64,000 nt of DNA from a bacterium (GTDB taxonomy: Bacteria > JACRDZ01 > JAQUKH01): the NCBI GenBank assembly GCA_028719205.1, contig JAQUKH010000008.1:1-64000 (forward strand). Reading direction: 5' to 3'. Numbering within the stretch: position 1 is the first letter of the stretch; each line of letters starts with the position of its first letter. Both the position numbers and the translations under genes were made by a program. Shown here piece by piece: positions 18,749 through 28,411 of the stretch. The notes beneath the pieces were generated by a model. It was not told the origin of the DNA. It was given only the letters and a program-made list of their open reading frames with translations, and searched no databases.

Positions 18749-20178
18749 TTTTTTTCCCCCAGGAAACTATTTATAATTTTAAGAATTTTATTGTTCCTGA
18801 GTTTATCTATATAGCATAATTTCGCGGATTGTTTTAAAACATCCGAATAAGACGGATAAGCGTGTACAATCGATTGTATTTTATAAAAAGGTATTTCCAG
18901 CGATTTTGCCAGCTGCGCTTCATGAATTATTTCTCCGGCTCTTTCACCCAGGATATGCGCGCCTATCAATTTTGATTTATCATCGCATATGAATTTCGCG
19001 ATACCTTCTCCTGCCAAATCCACTTTTCCCCTGTCAATTTTATTATATTCCACGCTGAATATTTTTATCTTATCACCGTATAAAACCCTTGCTTCCTCTT
19101 CAGTCAAACCCGCGTGCGCGAATTCAGGATCTGTATAAGTACACCAGATAATATTCTTATAATCAATAGATTTTTTTATCGGCAATAACATATTGGTAAC
19201 AGCAGTTACTGCCTGGTATTCCGCGATATGGCTGAATTGGTAAGGCCCAACCACATCCCCGCACGCGTATATATTTGAGGGAGTGGTCCTTAGATTATTA
19301 TCTGTCGTAATCCCATTTCTGGTATATTGTATGCCTGCTTTTTCCAGGCTCAATCCTTCAATATTCGGAGACCTGCCGACAGCGATAAGAGCGGCATCTG
19401 CTGAAATATCAGTGTTCTGCTTTCCTTTATTCTGGACTGTAAGTATTATTTTCCCATCCTTCATGGAAAATTTTATGGCCTTGGTGCCTGTTAATAAATT
19501 TAATCCTTCTTTTTTTAATATTTCCGAAAGCCGGCCGCCCAATTCTTTATCTTCCCGAAAAAGTATCCTGTCCATCATTTCTACAATAGTTACCTTTACT
19601 CCCAGCCTGTTTAAAGCCTGAGCAAGTTCAATACCTATCGGCCCCCCGCCCAGTATGATCATCGATCCCGGCAAAACCTCAAGGTCAAATAACGTGTCAT
19701 TAATTAAATAAGGAATTTCATTAATTCCCTCTATCGGCGGTATAAAAGCCCTTGAACCCGTGGAAATTATAAAATTTTTGGAAGAAAATATTTTTCCGTC
19801 AAGCTTGATATGATGATGATCAGCAAACTCGGGCGTGCCAAAAAAAATGTTTATACCGATCTGTCCAAAACTTTCCGGTAAATGGCTATTGTAAACTCTA
19901 TTGACAACCGAACGCACATGAGCCATCACCCCGCTTGAGTCAATGGATAAAGGATTAGCAGGCTTTAATCCGAAACTGTCCAATTGCCTGAAACAATGCG
20001 CCATCTGGCCGGCCTTTATAAGCGCTTTGCTGGGGATACATCCATACCAGGTACATTGGCCGCCAATTTTATTCTTTTCAATTATGGCAGTTTTGGCTCC
20101 AAGCCCATTAGCTAATTTAGCGGAAACAAAACCGCCAGCGCCGCCCCCAACTACAATTAGATCGTAATCATATTTCAT
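18745..20178 (-). CDS. FAD-dependent pyridine nucleotide-disulfide oxidoreductase (LPD/MerA-like)
   Basis: GGGAGG, GGQCTWYGCIPSK, GGGPIG, ACGD and HAYPSY motifs; no C-terminal Cys-Cys. Confidence 0.9.
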   Translation of the reverse strand: MKYDYDLIVVGGGAGGFVSAKLANGLGAKTAIIEKNKIGGQCTWYGCIPSKALIKAGQMAHCFRQLDSFGLKPANPLSIDSSGVMAHVRSVVNRVYNSHLPESFGQIGINIFFGTPEFADHHHIKLDGKIFSSKNFIISTGSRAFIPPIEGINEIPYLINDTLFDLEVLPGSMIILGGGPIGIELAQALNRLGVKVTIVEMMDRILFREDKELGGRLSEILKKEGLNLLTGTKAIKFSMKDGKIILTVQNKGKQNTDISADAALIAVGRSPNIEGLSLEKAGIQYTRNGITTDNNLRTTPSNIYACGDVVGPYQFSHIAEYQAVTAVTNMLLPIKKSIDYKNIIWCTYTDPEFAHAGLTEEEARVLYGDKIKIFSVEYNKIDRGKVDLAGEGIAKFICDDKSKLIGAHILGERAGEIIHEAQLAKSLEIPFYKIQSIVHAYPSYSDVLKQSAKLCYIDKLRNNKILKIINSFLGEKK

Positions 20179-20836
20179 TGTGTTTTGACAGGTAAGAATA
20201 TGTGTTTAAATGGCTATTTTTGGAATCTTTATTTCTTTTAACAAAATCTACCAGATCCGAATGCACATCAATATCGTTCCATTCAGGCAAAATATATGTC
20301 TTTCTTTTTGCTTTATTGAGTATAGATAAAGTCTCTTTAAATACTTTATCCGTACTCCATTCAATTCCCTCAAATATTTCAGGGACAAATTTATCAAAAT
20401 TAAAACCTAAAAGATAATATCCTCCGTCACTTGCCGGGCCTATAACAGCATCGTGACTATCTAAACTTGCAAACGCGTATTTAATAAATTCACACGGCAT
20501 ATCCGGCGCGTCGCTTCCAATGACAATAACTTGTTTAAATTTTCCGGAAAACGCTTTAATAAAACAATTTTTCATCCTGTCGCCGAGATCCTGCCCTTTC
20601 TGCGGCATGTAAAGATATTTCCCCCCCAGCCATTTTATAAATTTTTCTTCTGAATTTTCCGGATAGAAACATATGTAGAATTTGGTTTTAATTTTATTTA
20701 AACTTATTAACAAATCAAGAACAAAATTCTTATAAAGTTCAACTATGTTTATGTTCCAGGCTTCACGAGTTAACCTGCTTTTAACTTCCCCTTTTTCCGG
20801 ATATTTAACGAATAATAATACACAATGATCGGCCAT
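20168..20836 (-). CDS. TIGR04282/DUF2064 glycosyltransferase-like protein
   Basis: VKSRL, QKGQDLGDRM, IGSDAP, GPASDGGYYL and DID motifs. Confidence 0.85.
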   Translation of the reverse strand: MADHCVLLFVKYPEKGEVKSRLTREAWNINIVELYKNFVLDLLISLNKIKTKFYICFYPENSEEKFIKWLGGKYLYMPQKGQDLGDRMKNCFIKAFSGKFKQVIVIGSDAPDMPCEFIKYAFASLDSHDAVIGPASDGGYYLLGFNFDKFVPEIFEGIEWSTDKVFKETLSILNKAKRKTYILPEWNDIDVHSDLVDFVKRNKDSKNSHLNTYSYLSKHNEI

Positions 20837-20851
20837 ATAAACTCCTATACT

Positions 20852-21811
20852 CTAAACAGCTAATACTCCCATGCAGCTTGATCCCTCCCCCGCAGTACAG
20901 CAATAGCAATGGTCCGCGGTAACAATTTCATTCGTGTTATGAATAAAACCATCCATGTTTTCTATTCCCATGATCTCACCGCCATTACCTCTAATTGGAA
21001 GCCCTGCCGCCTGGTTAAAATCGCAATTGTATAAGACCCCCTGCCAGTCAATATTGATCAGGGAACGGCACATGATGCGCGGCACGATCCCCGGATTAAA
21101 ATTATCAGCAAGTAAACTTATATATTCCTCCATTTTACCTTTTGAATTAAGATAATTTTTAAACCTTCCAACAGGCACGTTTATTAAAGTCAATAATTTG
21201 TTAAAGATGATCCCGTATTTTTTGAAAAGCTCTTTTTTAAAATCTCTCTCCAGTTTTTTTTGAGGCGCAGGCAAAAATTCGCCGCAGGGATTACACATAA
21301 TGTTAAGGTTTATATCTTTTCCATATCCAAGTGAATTCAATTTTTTTAACGCGCTTATACTTTTCTCGAACACGCCGTTCCCGCGCTGTTTATTCACATT
21401 TTCTTCCGTATAGCATGGCAAAGAAGCTGTAAGTATAACTCTCTTTTCCTTATACCATTCGGGAAGCCAGGCCATTCCCTCTTCATAAAATACCGTGAGG
21501 TTTGTCCTGACCATAACTTCGGGACAAACCCTTTTCGCGTATTCAACAAAAAGCCTGAAATCAGGGTTAAGCTCAGGGCACCCGCCGGTTATGTCAAGAA
21601 TAATCCCGGGATGTTTTTTTAAAAAAATTATTATTTTCTCCATAACGGTTTTGCTCATTATTTTAGAATTTTCTGCCCCACCGTTTACATGGCAATGACA
21701 GCATTGCTGGTTACACATATTACCCAGATTTACTTGTAAGGTTTTTAAACCGGCAAATTTTATGTAATCTTTATTAATATTTTTAATTTTTTCTTTAAAG
21801 TCATAATTCAT
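20852..21811 (-). CDS. arsS: ArsS-family radical SAM protein (arsenosugar biosynthesis type, DUF3641)
   Basis: TLQVNLG..CNQQCCHC, DITGGCPE, SLPCY, MCRSLI, CDFNQ and HCYCCTAGEGSSC motifs. Confidence 0.85.
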   Translation of the reverse strand: MNYDFKEKIKNINKDYIKFAGLKTLQVNLGNMCNQQCCHCHVNGGAENSKIMSKTVMEKIIIFLKKHPGIILDITGGCPELNPDFRLFVEYAKRVCPEVMVRTNLTVFYEEGMAWLPEWYKEKRVILTASLPCYTEENVNKQRGNGVFEKSISALKKLNSLGYGKDINLNIMCNPCGEFLPAPQKKLERDFKKELFKKYGIIFNKLLTLINVPVGRFKNYLNSKGKMEEYISLLADNFNPGIVPRIMCRSLINIDWQGVLYNCDFNQAAGLPIRGNGGEIMGIENMDGFIHNTNEIVTADHCYCCTAGEGSSCMGVLAV

Positions 21812-21853
21812 CTTAATATATCCTTTCTTTTAGTATTTATTTATTGCATCCCG

Positions 21854-22981
21854 TTATTTATAGCTTATCCTGTAAATCGCGTCCGCTTTATCATCAGAAA
21901 CAAGAAGCGCTCCGTCAGGCATTACCAGGACATCAACCGGGCGGCCCCATCCTATCCATCCATCGGCAAAAACTTCATATTTTACCGGTTTATTTCCTTC
22001 AAGTTCGACAAGCGTCACACGATAACCAATAGGAATACTGCGGTTCCATGATCCGTGTTCCGCGATAAATATCTGGTTCTTATATTTTTCAGGGAACATC
22101 TTACCGGTATAAAATCGCATTCCAAGCGCTGCAACATGAGGCCCAAGTTCAATTGCAGGCGGAACAAACTCTTCAGGTTTATGCCCATTCCCGAGGTCAG
22201 GATCCATAATAGCTTTACCATGAACATAAGGAAAGCCAAAATGCAGTCCTTTTCCAGGCGCATAGTTCAATTCATCGGGCGGGGTATCATCTCCCAGCCA
22301 ATCACGGCCATTATCAGTAAACCAAAGTTCTTTTGTTCCCGGATTCCAATCAAAACCAACAGTATTCCTGACTCCTTCGGCAAATATTTCCAATCCACTG
22401 CCGTCAGGATTCATGCGCATAATCGACGCGTACCGTTTATCACTTTTTTCACATACATTGCACGGCGCGCCAACCGGTACATAGAGCATACCATCAGGCC
22501 CGAAGCGGATAAACTTCCAGCCATGATGAGTATCTTTTGGGAAGCTGTCATTTACTATAATTGGTTCTGGCGGATTTTTAAGGCGATCTTCTATATCATC
22601 ATATCTAAGGATCCTGTTTATTTCCGCGACATAAAGCGCGCCGTCTTTAAACGCGACCCCGTTAGGCATGTTTAAATCCTTTGCTATTGTTATGATTTCA
22701 TCCGCTTTATTATCTTTGTTTTTATCCAGAACAGCGTAAACATTACCAATATTCCGGGTACCTATAAATAACGTTCCTCCCGGGCTCATAACCATTGAAC
22801 GCGCGCCTTTAACATTATCAGCATAAATATCAATTTGAAATCCCTTGGGAAGTTTTATCTTATCAAGCGAAATTTCAGCATTGATACACGCATATTGGTT
22901 TAATAATATTAAAGTAAATATAAATACCACAGGAAGAAATTTTAATTTATGCATTATCAGTATTAAATTGGCAGGGCTCAA
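21854..22981 (-). CDS. Glucose/sorbosone dehydrogenase family (PQQ-dependent sugar dehydrogenase-like)
   Basis: HHGWKFIRFGPDG, GAPCNVC, GVRNTVG, DNGRD, EHGSWNR and GRPVDV motifs. True start may be 22954. Confidence 0.85.
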   Translation of the reverse strand: MSPANLILIMHKLKFLPVVFIFTLILLNQYACINAEISLDKIKLPKGFQIDIYADNVKGARSMVMSPGGTLFIGTRNIGNVYAVLDKNKDNKADEIITIAKDLNMPNGVAFKDGALYVAEINRILRYDDIEDRLKNPPEPIIVNDSFPKDTHHGWKFIRFGPDGMLYVPVGAPCNVCEKSDKRYASIMRMNPDGSGLEIFAEGVRNTVGFDWNPGTKELWFTDNGRDWLGDDTPPDELNYAPGKGLHFGFPYVHGKAIMDPDLGNGHKPEEFVPPAIELGPHVAALGMRFYTGKMFPEKYKNQIFIAEHGSWNRSIPIGYRVTLVELEGNKPVKYEVFADGWIGWGRPVDVLVMPDGALLVSDDKADAIYRISYK

Positions 22982-22993
22982 TTTTTTGAGCCC

Positions 22994-23767
22994 TTACTTA
23001 AATATTTCAGCAAAAAATAATTTCATCGCTTCCCAGGACCTTTTGTCGGCTTTTTCATTATAAGCGACCCCTTTTGAAGGATCGTTTCCTGAATCCGGAT
23101 TTGTAAAACTGTGAACAGCTCCGCCATAAATATACACCTGCCAATCAACACCTGATTTTCGCATTTCTTCCTGGAATGACGCCATATGTTCCGGTTTTAC
23201 GTTCGGATCATCGCCTCCATGAAGAACCAATACTTTTGCTTTTATATTTTTTGCTTCATAAGATGGGGTATCAAGCCCGCCGTGAAAACTGACTACTCCT
23301 GATAACAACGCTCCGCTGCGAGCCAACTCAAGAACCGTCGTTCCTCCAAAACAATAACCTATAGCCGCGACCTTATCAGTATCAGTCAGCTTGTTCATCT
23401 TTAATACCTCAAGCCCTGCATTGGCCCTTGCTTGCATTAACTTTCTATCGCTTCTATATATTCCAGCGAATGCCCCTGCTTCATTTGCGTCTTTCGCAAT
23501 TACCCCTTTACCATACATATCGATGGCAAAAGCGATATATCCAAGTTTTGCCAATTGCTCTGCACGCCCGCGGATATATTTATTAAGACCCCACCACTCA
23601 TGAACTACCAGAATACCCGGCCTTTTTCCTTTTATAGAATCATCATAAGCAAGATAACCCTCAAGCACAGTATCACCATGCTTGTATTCAATAACTTCAG
23701 TATGAAGCTTAGCTGAAACGTTAATAGTCCACAGCAAAAGCAACCCGGTTATCAGCAAGTTTTTCAT
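22994..23767 (-). CDS. Secreted dienelactone hydrolase family protein
   Basis: HEWWG, GYCFGG, SFHG and HSFT motifs; signal peptide. Confidence 0.9.
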   Translation of the reverse strand: MKNLLITGLLLLWTINVSAKLHTEVIEYKHGDTVLEGYLAYDDSIKGKRPGILVVHEWWGLNKYIRGRAEQLAKLGYIAFAIDMYGKGVIAKDANEAGAFAGIYRSDRKLMQARANAGLEVLKMNKLTDTDKVAAIGYCFGGTTVLELARSGALLSGVVSFHGGLDTPSYEAKNIKAKVLVLHGGDDPNVKPEHMASFQEEMRKSGVDWQVYIYGGAVHSFTNPDSGNDPSKGVAYNEKADKRSWEAMKLFFAEIFK

Positions 23768-23782
23768 AGATACCTCCGTGTG

Positions 23783-23983
23783 CTATTTGTCACATGTTGA
23801 ATTCAGCTTTTGTTTAACTAACTTCTCTGCCTCAAGCCAATCTTCCAGCTCATTACCGGGAACACAATTCCTTTTTTCATAAAGGCTATAGGCAACTTCA
23901 CAAATTTTTTGATTCATTTGTTCATTTGGCTTGTTACCTCTGGGATCTTTAGCCCCTAAATTTAAATGGTGTTTTTTTTGCAT
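23783..23983 (-). CDS. DUF2934-domain small protein
   Basis: AYSLYEKR...DWLEAE motif; ATG 23983 follows GGAGG. Confidence 0.75.
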   Translation of the reverse strand: MQKKHHLNLGAKDPRGNKPNEQMNQKICEVAYSLYEKRNCVPGNELEDWLEAEKLVKQKLNSTCDK

Positions 23984-24040
23984 TTGTAAAACCTCCTTTT
24001 TTTTATAAATTTGTTTTAATTTTACAGAAAAAAATAAAAA

Positions 24041-24081
24041 TGTAAATTGGCTAATAGCGCTTTTTTCTGACTTTTTCACAC
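24041..24081 (-). promoter_or_regulatory. Conserved upstream motif, copy H
   Basis: TGTGAAAAAGTCAGAAAAAAGCGCTATTAGCCAATTTACA followed by TGTAAAAT. Confidence 0.7.
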
Positions 24082-24160
24082 ATAAAAATGATTATGAAAG
24101 TTCTTAAATAAAAATATGCCAGGAGGGAAATAAATAAGAGGAGCTTGAAATATTTTTTAT

Positions 24161-24376
24161 TTATTCTTTGAGTATTGTTGTAACGTAAAGGTCTTCAACT
24201 TTTTCCCTGGCCCAGGGGGTTCTTCTTAAAAACTTAAGGCTTGATTTAATGCTGGGGTCATAATTAAAACATCTTATTTCGATGATCTTTCCCAATTCTT
24301 CAAAACCGTATACCTCAACTAAACGGGTCAGGATCATTTCCAGTGTGATGCCATGAAGTTTGTTTTTTAAAGCCAT
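24161..24376 (-). CDS. VF530/DUF2132 family small protein
   Basis: LHGITLE...[21 protein letters not shown]. Confidence 0.9.
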   Translation of the reverse strand: MALKNKLHGITLEMILTRLVEVYGFEELGKIIEIRCFNYDPSIKSSLKFLRRTPWAREKVEDLYVTTILKE

Positions 24377-24404
24377 AAATGTCTTTTTTATATTTTGATA
24401 ATTC

Positions 24405-24447
24405 GGGCGGACAAAGGCATATTTTTAAAGATATTCCTTTGTCCGCG
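24405..24447 (-). terminator. Hairpin downstream of btuB
   Basis: gcggacaaagg / cctttgtccgc inverted repeat. Confidence 0.5.
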
Positions 24448-24458
24448 CACGATTCTGT

Positions 24459-26429
24459 TTAATAATTTAGTTTAACACCACCGTAAAAAGATGATCCGGG
24501 TGTTCCATAGCCTTTGGCTTCTTCATAATCTTTATTGAATATATTATCCGCCCTGGCATAAATTTCCAGATTTTTGCTGATACCGTATGATGTTGTGATA
24601 TTAACCAGGGTATAACTGTCAAGAATTATTCTCTGGCCCAGGTTTATATCATCCCTTTTCCCTGTGTAGACCGCGTCTATACTGAATATTCCATCTTTCA
24701 CAAAATGATAATCCATGCCTAAAGAATATTTATTCTTCGGCCTTCTCACTAAATTCTCTCCATTTGTCCTGTCCTTTGCTCTTAACTTCGCCGCTGTCGC
24801 TTTAAGAGTAAAATCATCTTTAAGTTTCAGCGATGAATTTAATTCTACGCCTTCCGTCAGTGCCTTCGCGATATTCCTATATTTTGAGGTTACCAGGTCA
24901 TAATCAACCATATTTTTATAATCACTGTGGAAATATGTAAAATCAAAATATACTTTATTCTCTAAGAAACTTTGCTCAATTCCAAGATCATAACTTTTGC
25001 TTTCATCCGGTTTAAGATCGGGATCTCCTATCGGCCCTCCCCCGTAATCCTCGGTGGAATAGAGCTGATATAAAGAAGGCGCTTTAAATCCGGTCGCGTA
25101 GCTCGCTTTGAGTTTAGTGTTTGTACCGGCAATATTATAACCCGGAGCAACACGATAAGTTACCTTCGAGCCAAACCTGTCATGGTTATCCAATCTCGCG
25201 CCAACGACGGCAAATATTTTATCATTGACGTTAACTTGATCCTGCAGGAAATATCCCCTGTTTCGGGCTTTTTTCTCAGGGAAATCAGAGACAAACGGCC
25301 CAAACGCGCTTTCAGAATAATAGTATGATTTCCCCATTTCTTCACCGTAATCCAAACCAATCATAAAATTATTGATCTTATTCGCCGCCAGGCTGTGCTG
25401 CCAGTTAATTTTTCTGATCTGCGATGAAAAGGTATTACACATCAGGTCATCTGGATGGTCAACATCCTTATCATTATTATAATCCCGGTTATGGCGTGAG
25501 AAAGAAACACCGATCCTCTGGTCACCCGCTTTAACAAAACCAGGTACTCCGCATTGCAACCCTAAATATAGTTCTTTATTTTCTCCTGTATAATTCGGAT
25601 CATCTTCAGGCAGACCGATTGAATAGTTATAACCATCAAGGCCGAATTTTGATACTAAATATTTAAAAACCAGGTCCGTACTGATTTTTTCTTTCGGTGT
25701 AAAGGTAAATCTTGAAGATAAAGATGTATTGTGATAACCATCTTTTTCGTTATTACCGTATTTTTTAGCGGCGGATGAAATACCTTCGGTATCTATTTGT
25801 GTTACTCCTAACGAGTAACTTAATTTATCATTGCCTCCGCCAACTTCAAATCCTTCTCGAAATGTTTTAAAAGAACCGGCTTCGGAAAATAATGAAAATC
25901 TTTTGCCTGCCCCTTTTTTTGTGATTATGTTGATAACCCCGCCCATAGCATCCGAGCCATATAAGGTGCTTTGAGGCCCCTTAACAATCTCAATCTGTTC
26001 TACATTTTCCAATGTCAGATTGGAAAGATTATAAGAACGGCCCGGTTCCATCGGATCATTCATTTCTATCCCATCGATCATAACCAGAGTATGTTCTGAT
26101 CTCGCGCCGCGGATAAAAACAGAAGCCATACCTCCTGTCTGAACAATATCAATTCCCGGCAAGTCCTTCAACAATTCAATTACAGTAGCCTTTTTTTTCT
26201 CTTCAATATCTTCGGCGGCAATAACCGTTATTGAACTTGCTAACTCTGCCTTAGGGGTAACCGATTTGGTAGCTGTAATAACATCTATGCTTTTAATTCT
26301 TGCAGGAACATTTTTGTCATTAACCTTAATATAAAAATCTTCAGTCACTTCATTTCCAGTCTCAGCGGAGACTGCGTTAAAAAACATAATAAATAAACAA
26401 ATAAAAACAACGGAAATAATTCTTTTCAT
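24459..26429 (-). CDS. btuB: TonB-dependent cobalamin receptor
   Basis: Plug motifs (VFIRG, VMIDG, IEIVKGPQSTLYGSDAMGGVINIITK), C-terminal aromatic residue, cobalamin riboswitch immediately upstream. Confidence 0.85.
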   Translation of the reverse strand: MKRIISVVFICLFIMFFNAVSAETGNEVTEDFYIKVNDKNVPARIKSIDVITATKSVTPKAELASSITVIAAEDIEEKKKATVIELLKDLPGIDIVQTGGMASVFIRGARSEHTLVMIDGIEMNDPMEPGRSYNLSNLTLENVEQIEIVKGPQSTLYGSDAMGGVINIITKKGAGKRFSLFSEAGSFKTFREGFEVGGGNDKLSYSLGVTQIDTEGISSAAKKYGNNEKDGYHNTSLSSRFTFTPKEKISTDLVFKYLVSKFGLDGYNYSIGLPEDDPNYTGENKELYLGLQCGVPGFVKAGDQRIGVSFSRHNRDYNNDKDVDHPDDLMCNTFSSQIRKINWQHSLAANKINNFMIGLDYGEEMGKSYYYSESAFGPFVSDFPEKKARNRGYFLQDQVNVNDKIFAVVGARLDNHDRFGSKVTYRVAPGYNIAGTNTKLKASYATGFKAPSLYQLYSTEDYGGGPIGDPDLKPDESKSYDLGIEQSFLENKVYFDFTYFHSDYKNMVDYDLVTSKYRNIAKALTEGVELNSSLKLKDDFTLKATAAKLRAKDRTNGENLVRRPKNKYSLGMDYHFVKDGIFSIDAVYTGKRDDINLGQRIILDSYTLVNITTSYGISKNLEIYARADNIFNKDYEEAKGYGTPGSSFYGGVKLNY

Positions 26430-26464
26430 TTCTCCCTTTCTCCTCCCGTGAGGAAGCACTCCAT

Positions 26465-26553
26465 AATAAACAATCGTCCGGGCTATCCGCCTCAGGCGGA
26501 ATTACCGTTGCAGGGCAGCGTTCCGAATTACACGGAAACTTCCTTTGCTTATT
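26465..26553 (-). ncRNA. Short cobalamin riboswitch (AdoCbl-variant/Cbl-II-like)
   Basis: AAGCAAAGGAAG..CCGTGTAATTCGG..GCTGCCCTGCAACGGTAA-stem-AGCCCGGACGATTGTTT directly upstream of btuB. Confidence 0.75.
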
Positions 26554-26613
26554 GGATTAAGTTTTTAATAAATTCCTTTACAAACTAACTACTAGCGTCT
26601 ATCTACTAATTAC

Positions 26614-27408
26614 TTATTTTGCACCTCCTTTTCCTTCTGAAACCAGAAAAACATACGGTTTTTTTGATAACGGATTTTCCTTAACAAGAACAACAGTTTT
26701 ATAAACCTCTTCAATGGTTTGATAAGTCAGGACTTCGCAGGGTGATCCGATTTTATGAACTCTTCCATTATTAATAAGAACCAGCCTATCGCAATATTCA
26801 CTCGCGAGATTGAGGTCGTGCAAAACTATTACTACAGTAATATTCCGTTCTTTATTTAATCTTTTTATCAGGTCCATTATTTTAACCTGATGAGCGATAT
26901 CTAACTGATTTGTCGGTTCATCCAGAAGCAGCAGTTTTGGTTTTTGCGCGAGCGCCCTTGCTATATAAACCAGCTGACGTTCTCCGCCGCTTAAACTTCC
27001 CATCAGCCTTTTCCTGAATTCCAGCGTATCCGTTAAAACCATTGCCTCATTCACGATTTTCCCATCATCTTTTGACTCAAATAATTGTATTCTCTGGCGG
27101 TAGGGGATCCTTCCCAAAAGAACAAACTCTTCAACACTCATCATCATATCAATATCAAAATTCTGTGAAACAACGGCGAGCTTTCGCGCAAGCCCTTTAA
27201 AATCAATTTCATCCAGGTCTATTCCATCAAGAAAAATCCCGCCGTTCCTTGGATGAATAATTTTTGTTATTGCCCTGAATAAGGTAGTTTTGCCTGAACC
27301 ATTAGGCCCGATTATCCCTAAAAATTCATTTTCTTTTATTTTAATATTAATATCAGTCAATGAAAATCTGGCGTCATAACCGCAGGTTAAATTATTAATT
27401 TCAAGCAT
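26614..27408 (-). CDS. Cobalamin/Fe-siderophore ABC transporter ATPase (BtuD-like)
   Basis: GPNGSGKT, LSGGERQ, LLLDEPT and LHDLN motifs. Confidence 0.9.
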   Translation of the reverse strand: MLEINNLTCGYDARFSLTDINIKIKENEFLGIIGPNGSGKTTLFRAITKIIHPRNGGIFLDGIDLDEIDFKGLARKLAVVSQNFDIDMMMSVEEFVLLGRIPYRQRIQLFESKDDGKIVNEAMVLTDTLEFRKRLMGSLSGGERQLVYIARALAQKPKLLLLDEPTNQLDIAHQVKIMDLIKRLNKERNITVVIVLHDLNLASEYCDRLVLINNGRVHKIGSPCEVLTYQTIEEVYKTVVLVKENPLSKKPYVFLVSEGKGGAK

Positions 27409-28411
27409 ATTTGTTCCTTTTTCCGCTCAATAAATATATAAAAAGGCTACCGCCGATAATTCCTGTAATTACGCCTACCGGTAATTCCAAAGGAGAAATA
27501 ACCGTCCGGGCAAGCGTGTCACACAGGATAAGAAATATCCCTCCCGCCAAAAAAGACGCGGGTAAAAGTATTCTATAATCTCTCCCCACAAAAAACCGCA
27601 TCAAGTGCGGCACAACCAATCCGATAAAACCGATACTTCCGGTCACTGAAACCGCGCAGCCTGTAAGTAAAGAACTTATCAGGAACAGCCATTTTTTAAT
27701 TTTTTCCACGTTTATTCCCAAATGCGCCGCGTCCTCTTCACCTATCGACATCGCGTTAAGCTCAGTAGAAAATAAGCAGGAAACAACCAAACCAAAAAAA
27801 GAAATAATAACCATTAATTTGATAAGCACCCGGTCTGATCCGTCAAGAGAACCCATCATCCAGAAAATTATTCCCTGAAGATCCGCCGCTGAAGCTACAG
27901 CCATAGTGAACATAACAAGAGATGAAGAAATAAAACTTATCATTACCCCTGTTAGTAAAAGGCTCTGAAGCCTTATAATTCCTCTGCTTGTTGTTAACCA
28001 GTAAAGAAGTAAAATTACTAAGCCCGCTCCAATAAAGCCAAATACCGGCAAAGACAGAACACCTAATTTCCTGCTCAATCCTAAAATAATATTCAGGCAC
28101 ACTCCCAATGCCGCCCCGCCTGAAATACCTAGGGTATAAGGCTCAACCAGAGGATTTCGAAACATACCCTGTAGTATCGCGCCTGAAAGGGCCAGGGCGC
28201 TCCCTACCGCAAAACCTAAAATAATACGGGGCAGGCGGATATCAAAAATAATGCTGTATTCCGTTGTCCCTCTTCCCGCGAATAATAAAGAAATAATATT
28301 TTTAAACGGAATACCCGCAGAACCTACAAGTAAGGAAATAATACTTACTCCTAAAAGAATTATTGCCAAAATTAATATCCAAACGATCCAGGTATATATT
28401 TTTTTATTCAT
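27401..28411 (-). CDS. FecCD/BtuC-family ABC permease
   Basis: IRLPR, FRNPLVEPYTLGISGGA and IGFIGLVVPH motifs. Confidence 0.9.
   Translation of the reverse strand: MNKKIYTWIVWILILAIILLGVSIISLLVGSAGIPFKNIISLLFAGRGTTEYSIIFDIRLPRIILGFAVGSALALSGAILQGMFRNPLVEPYTLGISGGAALGVCLNIILGLSRKLGVLSLPVFGFIGAGLVILLLYWLTTSRGIIRLQSLLLTGVMISFISSSLVMFTMAVASAADLQGIIFWMMGSLDGSDRVLIKLMVIISFFGLVVSCLFSTELNAMSIGEEDAAHLGINVEKIKKWLFLISSLLTGCAVSVTGSIGFIGLVVPHLMRFFVGRDYRILLPASFLAGGIFLILCDTLARTVISPLELPVGVITGIIGGSLFIYLLSGKRNKYA

Noticed and set aside
18745-20178. Mercuric reductase (merA)
   Set aside because: No C-terminal Cys-Cys pair, no NmerA domain and no mer genes nearby.
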